Shown here: positions 17,883 through 28,042 of the stretch, piece by piece
How the letters are laid out: the number at the start of each line of letters is the position of its first letter
Numbering within the stretch: position 1 is the first letter of the stretch
Sequence record: SRR22947727_488
Length of the DNA stretch: 64,000 bases
Reading direction: 5' to 3' (one strand)
Translations under genes and position numbers: made by a program
Notes under the pieces: generated by a model
What the model was told of the DNA's origin: nothing
The model's database searches: none
The model's input: only the letters and a program-made list of their open reading frames with translations

Positions 17883-19690
17883 TATTTAATAACCTCGGAG
17901 ACGTATTCTGTATCCTGACTATCAGCATGATGTATTTTAACTATGCCTTCGGACATATCCCAAGCAGCCGTTGGACATCTTTCTGCACATAATCCACAAT
18001 GCAAACAGATATTTTCATCTTTAACCATTATGCGGTTGGTAAATTTTAATTCTTCGGAAATAAATAATGATTGATTTAATTCATTTTTGTCAGAATTTAA
18101 ACTTTTTCTGATTATGTCTTCATTATGTGTATTTTCAGTTATTGAAAGGCACTCAACAGGACAAATATCTATACAAGCATCACATTCAGTACATTTTGGG
18201 GCATCAAATACAGTTTGTATGTCGCAATTAAGACACCGTTGCACTTCAGTAGCTATTTGATCGGGAGAATAACCAACTTCTACTTCCATATTAAGCTTAG
18301 AGAAGCGTTTAACTAGATCAACATGTTCCATTTTTCTGCGTTCTGATTCGTCATAGGAGTTTGAATAACTCCATTCAAACATTCCCATTTTGGTTGATTT
18401 CAATTTAATCTCATCAGGTGCTCTTTGTTTTAAAGAAACTCCTCTGCAATGGTTATGAATTGAAATAGCGGCTTGGTGACCATGCTCTACTGCCCATATT
18501 ATATTTTTCGGACCAAATGCTGAATCTCCGCCAAAGAATACGCCTTTTTTGGTTGATTCAAAAGTTTTTTTATCAACAATTGGAACATTCCATTGATCAA
18601 ATTCAATGCCTGCATCAACTTCAATCCAGGGAAATGCATTTTCTTGGCCTATTGCTAATATAACATCATCACACGGTATAGTCACTTTCGCTATTGATTT
18701 ACTATTTAAAATATTTCCATCTGCATCTATATCATGCTCCATAATTGAAAAAAGCATACCTGTTAAACGGCCGTTTTTAGTAATAAATCCCTCTGGAGAG
18801 TGATTAATTATTATTTCTACATTCTCTTCTTCTGCGTCCTCTACTTCCCAGTCAGAAGCCTTAAAAAATGACCGAGGTTTCCTCCCCATTACTTTAACTG
18901 ATTTAGCTCCCAAACGCAGCGAGGTTCTACAGCAGTCCATTGCTGTATTTCCGACACCAATAATTAAAACATTATCACCTATTTTTTTTGTATGTTCGAA
19001 GGCTACTTCTTCAAGCCAATTAATGCCAATATGAATATGTTTTTTATCTTCCCAACGGCCAGGAAGATTTAGGTCTTTACCTCTTGGCGCTCCTGAACCA
19101 ACAAAAATTGCGTCATACCCTTCTTGAAGTAATGACCTCATGCTATTAATAGGGGTGTTTAATTTTAATTTTACTCCCATATCTATAATATAATTCAACT
19201 CCTCCATTAAAACTTCTTCTGGAAGTCTAAATGCGGGAATATTTGAACGCATTAAACCTCCTGGTTTTGAAAGTTTCTCATAAATGGTGCAGTTATACCC
19301 CAGTGGTGCTAAATCATTGGCAACAGTAAAAGATGCTGGTCCGGCTCCTACAAGTGCAATCTTTTTTCCATTTAATACGGAAGGTTTTTTTGGTAAATAT
19401 TTTTTGATATCATCTTTATGATCGGCTGCTACTCTTTTTAAACGGCAAATAGCTACAGGTTTTTCTTCAACCCTACCTCTTCGGCATGCTGGCTCACATG
19501 GGCGATCACATACACGACCTAAAATTCCAGGAAAAACATTCGATGCTCTATTAGTTAAGTAAGCTCCTGTATAATCTCCTTGGGCAATTTGGCGAATATA
19601 AGTTGGAACCGGGGTATGGGCTGGGCATGCCCATTGGCAATCAACTACTTTGTGAAAATAGTCCGGATTATTTGTATCTGTTGGTTTCAT
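17882..19690 (-). CDS. GltD/SudA-like FAD/NAD(P)H oxidoreductase with C-terminal 2x[4Fe-4S] domain
   Basis: CQWACP, GRVCDRPCEPAC, GAGPA, GVGNTAMDC, CTECDACIDICP and CLHCGLCAERCP. Confidence 0.9.
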   Translation of the reverse strand: MKPTDTNNPDYFHKVVDCQWACPAHTPVPTYIRQIAQGDYTGAYLTNRASNVFPGILGRVCDRPCEPACRRGRVEEKPVAICRLKRVAADHKDDIKKYLPKKPSVLNGKKIALVGAGPASFTVANDLAPLGYNCTIYEKLSKPGGLMRSNIPAFRLPEEVLMEELNYIIDMGVKLKLNTPINSMRSLLQEGYDAIFVGSGAPRGKDLNLPGRWEDKKHIHIGINWLEEVAFEHTKKIGDNVLIIGVGNTAMDCCRTSLRLGAKSVKVMGRKPRSFFKASDWEVEDAEEENVEIIINHSPEGFITKNGRLTGMLFSIMEHDIDADGNILNSKSIAKVTIPCDDVILAIGQENAFPWIEVDAGIEFDQWNVPIVDKKTFESTKKGVFFGGDSAFGPKNIIWAVEHGHQAAISIHNHCRGVSLKQRAPDEIKLKSTKMGMFEWSYSNSYDESERRKMEHVDLVKRFSKLNMEVEVGYSPDQIATEVQRCLNCDIQTVFDAPKCTECDACIDICPVECLSITENTHNEDIIRKSLNSDKNELNQSLFISEELKFTNRIMVKDENICLHCGLCAERCPTAAWDMSEGIVKIHHADSQDTEYVSEVIK

Positions 19691-19727
19691 TTAACTAATA
19701 AATCTCCCCAAATGATTCTTGTAGTGG

Positions 19728-19755
19728 AGCATGCCAATAAGAGAATACAAGTCAA
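19728..19755 (-). promoter_or_regulatory. candidate sigma70 promoter for the oxidoreductase operon
   Basis: Minus strand TTGACT-N16-CATGCT about 40 nt upstream of the ATG. Confidence 0.35.
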
Positions 19756-19780
19756 TTTTTTATGCAGGTAATTTATAAAA

Positions 19781-20410
19781 TTATGTTAAATTGGGTTTCC
19801 AAATTGCGTGTTTATCCATTATTTTATGAAACAAATCAGACTTTATACATTTTTCTAGCCATTTTATTGTTCTTTTGTAGTTGGAACTTTTCCACCAATT
19901 TGGTTCAACATTAGAAAATTGACGAATAAATGGAAAAATTGCTAGGTCAGCTATTGTCTGATTTAAACCCAAAAGATTATCTCCATTGGATAACCTTACC
20001 TCCAAACTTTTTATGAATATTTCTGCTTTTTCTCTATGCGCTATATTAATAGTTTCACGGGAAGATCCTGTTTCATAACGGCTTGCATATTTGTACCTAT
20101 CAAGATGATATTTGAAATAAGTATCATTCTTATTTATAATTAAATTACTCTCTAAATGATTACATTTTAACATATTGAAAGGATCATAACATTTTAATGA
20201 CCATTTCATTATGTCTAAACTTTCCTCAATTATATCTCCTTCTGAGGTTATAAATACTGGTACTGTTCCTGTAGAAGAGGTTGAAAGGAATTCTTGTGGT
20301 TTATCATTTAATTTGATTTCTCTGTGTTCATAATCTATTTTACTAACAAAGAGTGCCATTCTTGCTCTCATTGCATATGGACATCGCCTAAAAGACCATA
20401 AAATATTCAC
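19781..20410 (-). CDS. glutathione S-transferase family protein
   Basis: SFRRCPYAMRAR, GTVPV, ESLDIM, ADLAIFPFIRQF. Confidence 0.9.
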   Translation of the reverse strand: MNILWSFRRCPYAMRARMALFVSKIDYEHREIKLNDKPQEFLSTSSTGTVPVFITSEGDIIEESLDIMKWSLKCYDPFNMLKCNHLESNLIINKNDTYFKYHLDRYKYASRYETGSSRETINIAHREKAEIFIKSLEVRLSNGDNLLGLNQTIADLAIFPFIRQFSNVEPNWWKSSNYKRTIKWLEKCIKSDLFHKIMDKHAIWKPNLT

Positions 20411-21324
20411 TGCTTACCTTTTCTTCCAAGATGTGTTTCTCCACGCGTTTTTGAAAGCTCAATTTGTTTCTGTCTTTCTGCAAAACCTTCTTGTTGTTCT
20501 TTGGTCATAATATTATAGCATCTTGGGCACGATATTCCTTTAGTATACTCTGGGGATATTTTATCCTCATAGGTTATTGGGTACCTGCATGCAAAACATT
20601 GATCATAGTCTGACTCTTCAAGGCCATGCTTAACAGCTACGCGTTGATCAAATACAAAGCAGTCGCCATTCCATAAGCTTTCCTTTTGAGGTTGAGTTTC
20701 AAGGTATTTTAGAATTCCGCCTTTTAAATGAAAAACATCTTCAAACCCATTTTTTTTCATGTATGAGCTAGCTTTTTCGCATCTAATTCCTCCAGTGCAA
20801 AACATTGCGATTTTTTTATTTTTTAATTTTTCACGATTATTTTCTACCCAAGCAGGAAATTCTCTAAAATTTCTTGTTTCTGGATTTATTGATCCCTCAA
20901 AACTACCAATTTCAACTTCATAATCATTTCTTGTATCTATCAAAATAACATCAGGGTCCCTTATTACTTTGTTCCAGTTTTTTGCTTCAACATAAGTTCC
21001 CACAATACTATTAGGGTTAATATCAGCAATTCCCATCGTTACAATTTCTTTTTTGATCCTGACTTTCATTCTGTAGAAAGGCATTTCTTTGCATATTGAT
21101 GACTTGTATTCTAAATTCTTTAATCGTAGATCTTGTTGTAAATATTCCATTAACTGCTTAATTGCGATATTAGTTCCTGCAATAGTACCATTAATGCCTT
21201 CAGAAGCTAAAAGTATCGTTCCCTTAATTCCCAAAAGTTCACACATATCTAGCAATGGTGATTTAATATTTTTATAATCATGCAAATTGGTAAAATGATA
21301 AAATGCTGCAACAGTAAAAGTCAT
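20407..21324 (-). CDS. trhO: tRNA uridine(34) hydroxylase, rhodanese-related UPF0176
   Basis: EGINGT, KKEIV, DTRNDYE, FCTGGIRCEKA, GGILKY, FVFDQR. Confidence 0.9.
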   Translation of the reverse strand: MTFTVAAFYHFTNLHDYKNIKSPLLDMCELLGIKGTILLASEGINGTIAGTNIAIKQLMEYLQQDLRLKNLEYKSSICKEMPFYRMKVRIKKEIVTMGIADINPNSIVGTYVEAKNWNKVIRDPDVILIDTRNDYEVEIGSFEGSINPETRNFREFPAWVENNREKLKNKKIAMFCTGGIRCEKASSYMKKNGFEDVFHLKGGILKYLETQPQKESLWNGDCFVFDQRVAVKHGLEESDYDQCFACRYPITYEDKISPEYTKGISCPRCYNIMTKEQQEGFAERQKQIELSKTRGETHLGRKGKQ

Positions 21325-21571
21325 TATATCGACTTAATGTTACTTAGACAGGTCGTCAATCTATCTAAAACTTATAATTAGCATAAAATCTATTTAATAA
21401 CGTATCCATTTAGTTGAAACTATTTTTAAGGACTGTAAGGATATACCTAGCCATTTAAAACAAATCATATTAATTACTAAAAAAATAAAATTGTTCTGCC
21501 GAATATAACCTTCTTTGTTTTGTATAATTGCATTAAACAAGTCAGAATTAAAAAAAATATAAGGAAAATAT

Positions 21572-23107
21572 ATGTCTCTTAAAGCTCGTGATTGGATTGA
21601 ATATCATGCAAAAAATACGCCGGACAAAATTGCCATGATTGATCTAATGAGTAAGAGGAGTTATTCATATGCACAAACTCATGAGCGTGTAGCAAGAGTA
21701 GCGGGTTTTTTGCATTCTAAAGGTATCAAAAAAGGAGATAGAGTAGCTTTTTTATGTCTTAACACAACCGATGTCATGGAACTAATTTTTGGTTGTTGGC
21801 GTATTGGAGCTGTTTGTTTGGCATTAAACTTTCGTCTTACTCCAAATGAATTGGCATTTATATTAAATGACTCTGAGACTTCTTTAGTTTTAGTGGATAA
21901 ACCATTTGAGAATGTCGGGAAAGAGACAAAATTACTGACTAATGTAAAGCATTGGATTGATACTGATGGTTTGGGGGGGCTTAGTGGTTATGAAATTGGA
22001 ATAAGTTCTTCAAAACCTCTATATGAATTCACTGAACAATCTTATGATGATCAGTGCTTACTAATGTATTCATCTGGTACAACAGGTATGCCAAAAGGTG
22101 TAATAATTACACATGGAATGTTGGAGTTTACAATTTCTTCCACAGCACGTCTTCCTGATACAGGTCCTCATCAAGTTTCACTCAATAACATGCCATTATT
22201 TCATATAGGGGGTTTAAACGTAACTGCGCTACCAAGTCTTGCTGTTGGGGGAACCTGTGTAATAATGCGTTTATTTGATCCATCTGCTACTTTGGATGCT
22301 ATTAATGACCCAGGTCTTGGTATAAATTTGATATTTATGGTTCCTGCGGCTTATAATGCTATGAAAGAAAATCCTAAAATTGACAATATAGACTTTTCAA
22401 GAATTATTACTGCTCTCTGCGGAGCAGAGACCGTGCCTATTCCACTTTGCGAGTGGTGGCTGAAAAAAGGGGTGGTAATTCAAGAGGGATACGGACTAAC
22501 TGAAACAGCAGCTGGCGGTACATTTCTGAGCAAAGAATATATACCGCAAATGATTGGATCAGCTGGCAAAGCTTTGATGCATACTCAAGTTCGTATAGTT
22601 GACGATAATGGAAATACATGTCCTCATAATGTATCAGGTGAAATTTGGTTTAAAGGTAACGCAGTCACACCAGGATACTGGCGAAATCCAGAGGCGAATA
22701 AAAAAAGTTTTGTCGATGGATGGTTCCGAACCGGAGATATAGGGCGTATGGATTCAAATGGTTTTGTATTTATAGAAGATCGTCTTAAAGATATGTATAT
22801 ATCTGGCGGCGAAAATGTTTACCCAGCTGAGATTGAAAACTTACTTTATGCTATGCCCCAGATACATGAAGTGGCTGTGATAGGTGTAAGTCATAAAAGG
22901 TTTGGGGAAACAGGGTGTGTTTGTGCGGTACTTAAAGAAAATGAAAATTTGACTCTTAAAGAAGTTCTTCATCACCTTGAAGATAAATTGGCCAACTTCA
23001 AGAAACCAAAATATCTTCATTTAATGGATGAATTACCACGTGGAGGCACAGGCAAGGTACTTAAATATGAGCTGCGTCAAACTATTCCCCAATTGATAGA
23101 GCTTTAG
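21572..23107 (+). CDS. acyl-CoA synthetase (AMP-forming)
   Basis: YSSGTTGMPKG, EGYGLTE, FRTGD, DRLKDMYISGGENVYP, GKV. Confidence 0.92.
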   Translation: MSLKARDWIEYHAKNTPDKIAMIDLMSKRSYSYAQTHERVARVAGFLHSKGIKKGDRVAFLCLNTTDVMELIFGCWRIGAVCLALNFRLTPNELAFILNDSETSLVLVDKPFENVGKETKLLTNVKHWIDTDGLGGLSGYEIGISSSKPLYEFTEQSYDDQCLLMYSSGTTGMPKGVIITHGMLEFTISSTARLPDTGPHQVSLNNMPLFHIGGLNVTALPSLAVGGTCVIMRLFDPSATLDAINDPGLGINLIFMVPAAYNAMKENPKIDNIDFSRIITALCGAETVPIPLCEWWLKKGVVIQEGYGLTETAAGGTFLSKEYIPQMIGSAGKALMHTQVRIVDDNGNTCPHNVSGEIWFKGNAVTPGYWRNPEANKKSFVDGWFRTGDIGRMDSNGFVFIEDRLKDMYISGGENVYPAEIENLLYAMPQIHEVAVIGVSHKRFGETGCVCAVLKENENLTLKEVLHHLEDKLANFKKPKYLHLMDELPRGGTGKVLKYELRQTIPQLIEL

Positions 23108-23133
23108 TTTCAGCGAGTAGTGTGGATATCAAA

Positions 23134-23958
23134 CTACTTTTCGAGATCTACCAGGTTTTGATTGTAGTCTTTTTGTAATAATTTATGCCGCTCTGTCATT
23201 GCCTCTCTTGCTGCTGGGTCATTAAATATATGAAGCCTATCAGATTTTATGCCTTTAATGCACAACTCAGCATAAACTTCTGCATCCATTCCATTTTCAA
23301 TCAATGTTTTGACAATTTCGTAGGACTTTGATTTTTTATATTTATCGTTTTTACCTGCTACGGGACTTTTTGATATAGTATTATGTATGTTACTTTTAAC
23401 CCATGTAGGGCATAAGCAGCTGACTCCGATGTTTGTGGTTCCTAGCTCGGCTCTCAAAGCTTCACTATATCCTACAACTGCATACTTTGTTGCAAAATAA
23501 GGCCCCATTCCAACAGCTGCAACATGGCCAGCCATACTTGCAGTATTAGTTATGTGACCACTTTCTCCATGTGATAGCATCAAGGGTAAGAACTTTTCAG
23601 TACAATAAACTACGCCCATTAGATTTATATCTGTGATCCATTTCCAGTCCTCTAATGCTATTTTGCCTGGAAACCCGGCTAGGGAAACACCTGCATTATT
23701 AAAAATATGGTGGACTTTAGAAAAAGTTTTAATTGTTTGTTCTGCAGCTGCGCTAACCGAGTTGGGTTTTGATACGTCGCAAACAGTCATTGCAACATTT
23801 GGATTATTTAACGATTGAAATTCTTTAATAAGTAATTCTTCGTCAATATCAGACATCATTACTTTTGCGCCATGCCCTATTAACGATTTGCTTAAAGCTA
23901 AACCTATGCCGGATGCAGCTCCGGTTACGAAGGCAACTTTACCTGATATTTCTGTCAT
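23134..23958 (-). CDS. short-chain dehydrogenase/reductase
   Basis: TGAASGIG, NNAG, YFATK. Confidence 0.92.
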   Translation of the reverse strand: MTEISGKVAFVTGAASGIGLALSKSLIGHGAKVMMSDIDEELLIKEFQSLNNPNVAMTVCDVSKPNSVSAAAEQTIKTFSKVHHIFNNAGVSLAGFPGKIALEDWKWITDINLMGVVYCTEKFLPLMLSHGESGHITNTASMAGHVAAVGMGPYFATKYAVVGYSEALRAELGTTNIGVSCLCPTWVKSNIHNTISKSPVAGKNDKYKKSKSYEIVKTLIENGMDAEVYAELCIKGIKSDRLHIFNDPAAREAMTERHKLLQKDYNQNLVDLEK

Positions 23959-23993
23959 TTACTTTTCCTTTGAACTACATTTTTATCACATAC

Positions 23994-24434
23994 TTAGTCT
24001 AAAGCATTGATATTATTAAATTTATATTTTAACGTATCAGATATCTTTATAGGCTTTCTCTCTTTTTTATCAACGTAAACATGAATATAACTTCCTCGCG
24101 CAGAGGCTTGGGTATCGTTATTTTTAAAGATGCCAATATCGTAAGTTATACTTGAGTTTCCAATTCTTTTTATACTCAAGCCCACACTTATAGTATCAGG
24201 GTATTTGATAGGTTTGAAATACGTACATGAATTTGACACTACAAGTCCAATGAGTGAGTTTTCTTCAGAATTGGTTATCTGGTGCTCAATTAAATAATTA
24301 TTAACTACCGTATCCATGAATTCATAATATATTGCATTATTTATATGTCCGTAATTATCATTGTCATTCCATCGTGTTTCAATTTTAATAAAGTATTTAT
24401 AAATATTTTTTTTGGGCGGATGAGGCTTTATCAT
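23994..24434 (-). CDS. acyl-CoA thioesterase (4HBT/YbgC hot-dog family)
   Basis: TRWNDND.YGHINNA.YY. Confidence 0.88.
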   Translation of the reverse strand: MIKPHPPKKNIYKYFIKIETRWNDNDNYGHINNAIYYEFMDTVVNNYLIEHQITNSEENSLIGLVVSNSCTYFKPIKYPDTISVGLSIKRIGNSSITYDIGIFKNNDTQASARGSYIHVYVDKKERKPIKISDTLKYKFNNINALD

Positions 24435-25561
24435 TGAATTCTTTCATAAATGTTTACCACAGCTTCGTATGTCATTTTAACAGGGTTATTTCTTAAAACT
24501 CGAGTCTTTTGCATTGCATCATTTGCCATATCTGGAATTGCATCAGCTGGTATTCCAACTTCTGAGAGTGTTTGCGGAACACCAGTTTCTCTTTTTATAC
24601 GCTTCATTTCTTCTATTAAATCCATTCCTGAAGTTCCAACATTCAGTTCTTTTGCAAGCTGCCCATACCAATGATCTGCTTTGGGTAGGTTGTATTCCAT
24701 AACCTCAGTTAAAACTAATGCATTTGATAATCCATGGGGGATATGAAAAAACCCACCAAGCGGGTATGCTAATCCGTGAACCGCTCCAACAGGTGCATTT
24801 GAAAAAGCCTGACCAGCCAACATAGATCCTAATAGCATTTGATTCCTTGCCTCTAAATTGTGTCCATCATTACAAGCAATAACAATAGAAGACTGCAACT
24901 TGCGTAATGCGGCTATTGCAAATGTATCAGATAGAGGATTTTTTTTGATCACTGATGTATATGCCTCAATTGCATGTACCATCGCATCAATACCAGTTGC
25001 AGCTGTTATATTCTTTGGTAAACCTAGCGTAAGATTTGCATCAAGTAAAACTCTATCAGCATATAAACTATCAGCTACAATAGCTTCTTTCGATGTTGAA
25101 CCAGTAGTTATTATTGCTACATTGGTAACTTCGGAGCCGGTACCAGAGGTTGTTGGTATGAGCATTAGGGGTAGCCGGTGGTTATTAGCTTTATTTACAC
25201 CATAGAGGTTTTTAATATTAGTTCCATCAATACATAAATGGGCTATAACTTTAGCAGTATCCATAGGTGAGCCTCCTCCAAAACCTAAAATAACGCCTGG
25301 ATTAAATTTTTTAATTTCTGAAGCAGCATTTAAAACCATTTCTTCTGGTGGGTCAGCTACTACTTGATCATAAATCATTATGTCGTACCCATTGATATCA
25401 AGAGAATTAAGACCGTTTGTAAGTAAACCTAAATTACTTATCCCTTTATCAGTAATGATTGCTACTTTTTTATTTTTATCCAAGCCATCAAGGTGGCTTG
25501 CTAAATTTGATGTACCCTCAAATTCAATTCGTATATCCGCCACTGTGTTAAATTTATGCAT
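24431..25561 (-). CDS. iron-containing alcohol dehydrogenase
   Basis: GGGSPMD, PTTSGTGSEVT, DAMVHAIE, HGLA, HG. Confidence 0.93.
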   Translation of the reverse strand: MHKFNTVADIRIEFEGTSNLASHLDGLDKNKKVAIITDKGISNLGLLTNGLNSLDINGYDIMIYDQVVADPPEEMVLNAASEIKKFNPGVILGFGGGSPMDTAKVIAHLCIDGTNIKNLYGVNKANNHRLPLMLIPTTSGTGSEVTNVAIITTGSTSKEAIVADSLYADRVLLDANLTLGLPKNITAATGIDAMVHAIEAYTSVIKKNPLSDTFAIAALRKLQSSIVIACNDGHNLEARNQMLLGSMLAGQAFSNAPVGAVHGLAYPLGGFFHIPHGLSNALVLTEVMEYNLPKADHWYGQLAKELNVGTSGMDLIEEMKRIKRETGVPQTLSEVGIPADAIPDMANDAMQKTRVLRNNPVKMTYEAVVNIYERIQ

Positions 25562-25618
25562 TTCTATCTCTTAATTGCGTCATTTTGCGAGTTTGTCTTT
25601 ACCTATGCCCCTAGAGAG

Positions 25619-25640
25619 TATATGCAACTATATGCATATA
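25619..25640. promoter_or_regulatory. perfect inverted repeat, candidate operator in a divergent promoter
   Basis: TATATGCA-ACTATA-TGCATATA between the Fe-ADH and acyl-CoA dehydrogenase starts. Confidence 0.55.
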
Positions 25641-25657
25641 ATTAAAAGGGCTAAATT

Positions 25658-26845
25658 ATGACTAATTTGAAAAATTTTTCTTTGGAAGTTAGAGCTTGGC
25701 TAGAGGAGAACTGTCCTGATGAAATGAGACAACCCATAACATCCGATAAAGATATATGTTGGGGTGGACGTGATTGGAAGTTTCAGTCAAAATCACAGAA
25801 AATATGGATGGAACTTATGGCTAAAAAGGGTTGGACTGTTCCTACTTGGCCAATAGAGTATGGCGGTGCAGGTCTTAGCAGAGCTGAAGAAATGATAATT
25901 AAAAAAGAGATGAAGCGAATAGGTGCTAGGTCACCATTAGACAGTTTTGGAATATGGATGTTGGGCCCAGCTCTTTTAAAATTTGGAACAGAAGAACAAA
26001 AGAAAGAGCATTTACCACCTGTTGCGCGTGGAGAAATTCGTTGGTGTCAAGGTTATTCAGAACCTTCTGCTGGTTCTGACTTGGCATCATTAGCTACAAA
26101 ATGTGAAGATATGGGAAATCATTTCATTGTTAATGGCCAAAAGGTTTGGACATCTTATGCTGATAAAGCTGATTGGATATTTTGTTTAGTAAGAACAGAT
26201 AACTCAGGAAAAAAACATCATGGAATTTCATTTGTACTATTTGATATGAAAACACCGGGTGTTGAGCCTAAGCCTATTAAGTTAATTTCAGGGCGATCTC
26301 CGTTTTGTGAAACCTTCTTTAAGGATGTAAGGGTTGAAAAGAAAAATCTTGTTGGAGTGCAAGATAAAGGATGGGATGTCGCCAAATATCTCCTAACGCA
26401 TGAAAGAGAAATGATTGGAGGGCAGCATGAGGTTGCTGGTTCTCTTACTCGTCCGTTACATGAGCTTGCTGCAACTGTTTTAGGCTTGGATAATGGGAAG
26501 TTATCTGATATTATGCTTCGTGCAAAAATAGCTGAGACAGAGATTGATGAGTGGGCCTTTAGTATGACACTCACTAGAAAGCTTGCTGAAGCTAAAGCGG
26601 GGTCTTCTCTTGGTGCTGATAGTTCAATGTTGAAATATTATGGTACAGAGCTCAATAAGCGTAAATACGAACTTATGATGGATGCCACTGGGCATGATGG
26701 GTTAGAGTGGGAATCTGAAAGATCATCAGATGGTAAACTTGCTAGAACGTGGTTGCGGACTAAAGGTAATTCCATTGAAGGTGGTACATCTGAGGTTCAG
26801 CTGAATATTATTTCAAAACATATTCTTCAACTTCCAGGCGCATAA
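25658..26845 (+). CDS. acyl-CoA dehydrogenase (probable catalytic subunit)
   Basis: WCQGYSEP.AGSDL, NGQKVWTS, LLTHER, SIEGGTSEVQ. Confidence 0.93.
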   Translation: MTNLKNFSLEVRAWLEENCPDEMRQPITSDKDICWGGRDWKFQSKSQKIWMELMAKKGWTVPTWPIEYGGAGLSRAEEMIIKKEMKRIGARSPLDSFGIWMLGPALLKFGTEEQKKEHLPPVARGEIRWCQGYSEPSAGSDLASLATKCEDMGNHFIVNGQKVWTSYADKADWIFCLVRTDNSGKKHHGISFVLFDMKTPGVEPKPIKLISGRSPFCETFFKDVRVEKKNLVGVQDKGWDVAKYLLTHEREMIGGQHEVAGSLTRPLHELAATVLGLDNGKLSDIMLRAKIAETEIDEWAFSMTLTRKLAEAKAGSSLGADSSMLKYYGTELNKRKYELMMDATGHDGLEWESERSSDGKLARTWLRTKGNSIEGGTSEVQLNIISKHILQLPGA

Positions 26846-26882
26846 TGATAATTTTAAAATTAGTTTTAACCATTGGGGATTT

Positions 26883-28028
26883 ATGGATATGGGTTTAGTT
26901 CTAAATGAAGATGAGGCTTTGCTTCAAGATACCGCAGAAGGCTTTTTTGCAGATAAAGCTCCAGTTAAAGAATTACGTGCATTAAGAGATAATAGAGATG
27001 AGCTTGGATTTAGCCAAGCTCTTTGGAAAGAAATGGCTGAAATGGGTTTCACTGGTGTACTTATCGAGGAAGAATATGGCGGAGTTGATATGGGGTTTAT
27101 GGCTGCCGGCATAGTTTCTGAACAAATGGGTAGAAATTTATCTGCTTCGCCTTTCCTTTCGACAGCAATATTAGCGGCGACTGCAATTCGTGAGGGTGGA
27201 TCAGACGAGCAAAAGTTAAGTTGGTTACCCAAAATCGCATCTGGAGAAGCAATTATATCGTTAGCACTCGATGAAAAGGCAAAGCATAATCCAGATAATA
27301 TTACCGCTAAAGCTGAAAGATCCGGCAATGGTTTCAAATTAAATGGTTCTAAAGCAATGGTAATTGACGGACATGTTGCTGACGCATTTATTGTAGCGGC
27401 TAAAACAGGGTCAAAAGAGGAAGGCACAGAAACTACAAGCCTTTTTCTTGTTGATCCTAAGTCAAATGGTATTTCTACTGAAAGAACTATAATGTTAGAT
27501 AGCAGAAATTCAGCAAGAGTAGATTTTGATGAAGTTGAAATTTCGGGTGATGCCTTAATTGGTAACATTGGTGATGGTGAGCATATACTAAAAAAAGTTT
27601 TGAATGCTGGGCGAGCTGCTGTTTCGGCAGAGCTTTTAGGTGCAGGATCTCAAGCTTTTGAATCAACTATTGCCTATATTAAGGAACGTAGGCAATTTGG
27701 TAAGATAATTGGTGAATTCCAAGCTTTACAGCACCGTGCCTCTCACCTTTACAGTGAGATAGAAAATGCTCGCTCTGCAGTTATGGCAGCTTTAACAGCG
27801 CTGGATAAAAATGATGATAACTCTGAAAATATATGTGCGATGGCTAAAGCTAAATTAGGATCTGTGGCGAAACTGGCATCTCAAGAGGGGGTTCAAATGC
27901 ATGGAGGCGTTGGTATGACAGATGAGTATGATATAGGGCTTTTCATGAAGCGCATAAGAGTTCTTCAGGAATTATTTGGTGATGCTAGCTACCATATGAA
28001 TAAAGTAGCATTAAGTAATAAATATTAA
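26883..28028 (+). CDS. acyl-CoA dehydrogenase (probable partner subunit)
   Basis: RRQFGK.IG.FQALQH, QMHGGVG.T.E; lacks the HER and GGTSE motifs. Confidence 0.9.
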   Translation: MDMGLVLNEDEALLQDTAEGFFADKAPVKELRALRDNRDELGFSQALWKEMAEMGFTGVLIEEEYGGVDMGFMAAGIVSEQMGRNLSASPFLSTAILAATAIREGGSDEQKLSWLPKIASGEAIISLALDEKAKHNPDNITAKAERSGNGFKLNGSKAMVIDGHVADAFIVAAKTGSKEEGTETTSLFLVDPKSNGISTERTIMLDSRNSARVDFDEVEISGDALIGNIGDGEHILKKVLNAGRAAVSAELLGAGSQAFESTIAYIKERRQFGKIIGEFQALQHRASHLYSEIENARSAVMAALTALDKNDDNSENICAMAKAKLGSVAKLASQEGVQMHGGVGMTDEYDIGLFMKRIRVLQELFGDASYHMNKVALSNKY

Positions 28029-28042
28029 TTGGAGTTACTCAA

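Noticed and set aside
26924-27568. 214-aa minus-strand ORF
   Set aside because: Lies wholly antisense to an acyl-CoA dehydrogenase; Ser/Ala/Pro-rich shadow with no motifs.
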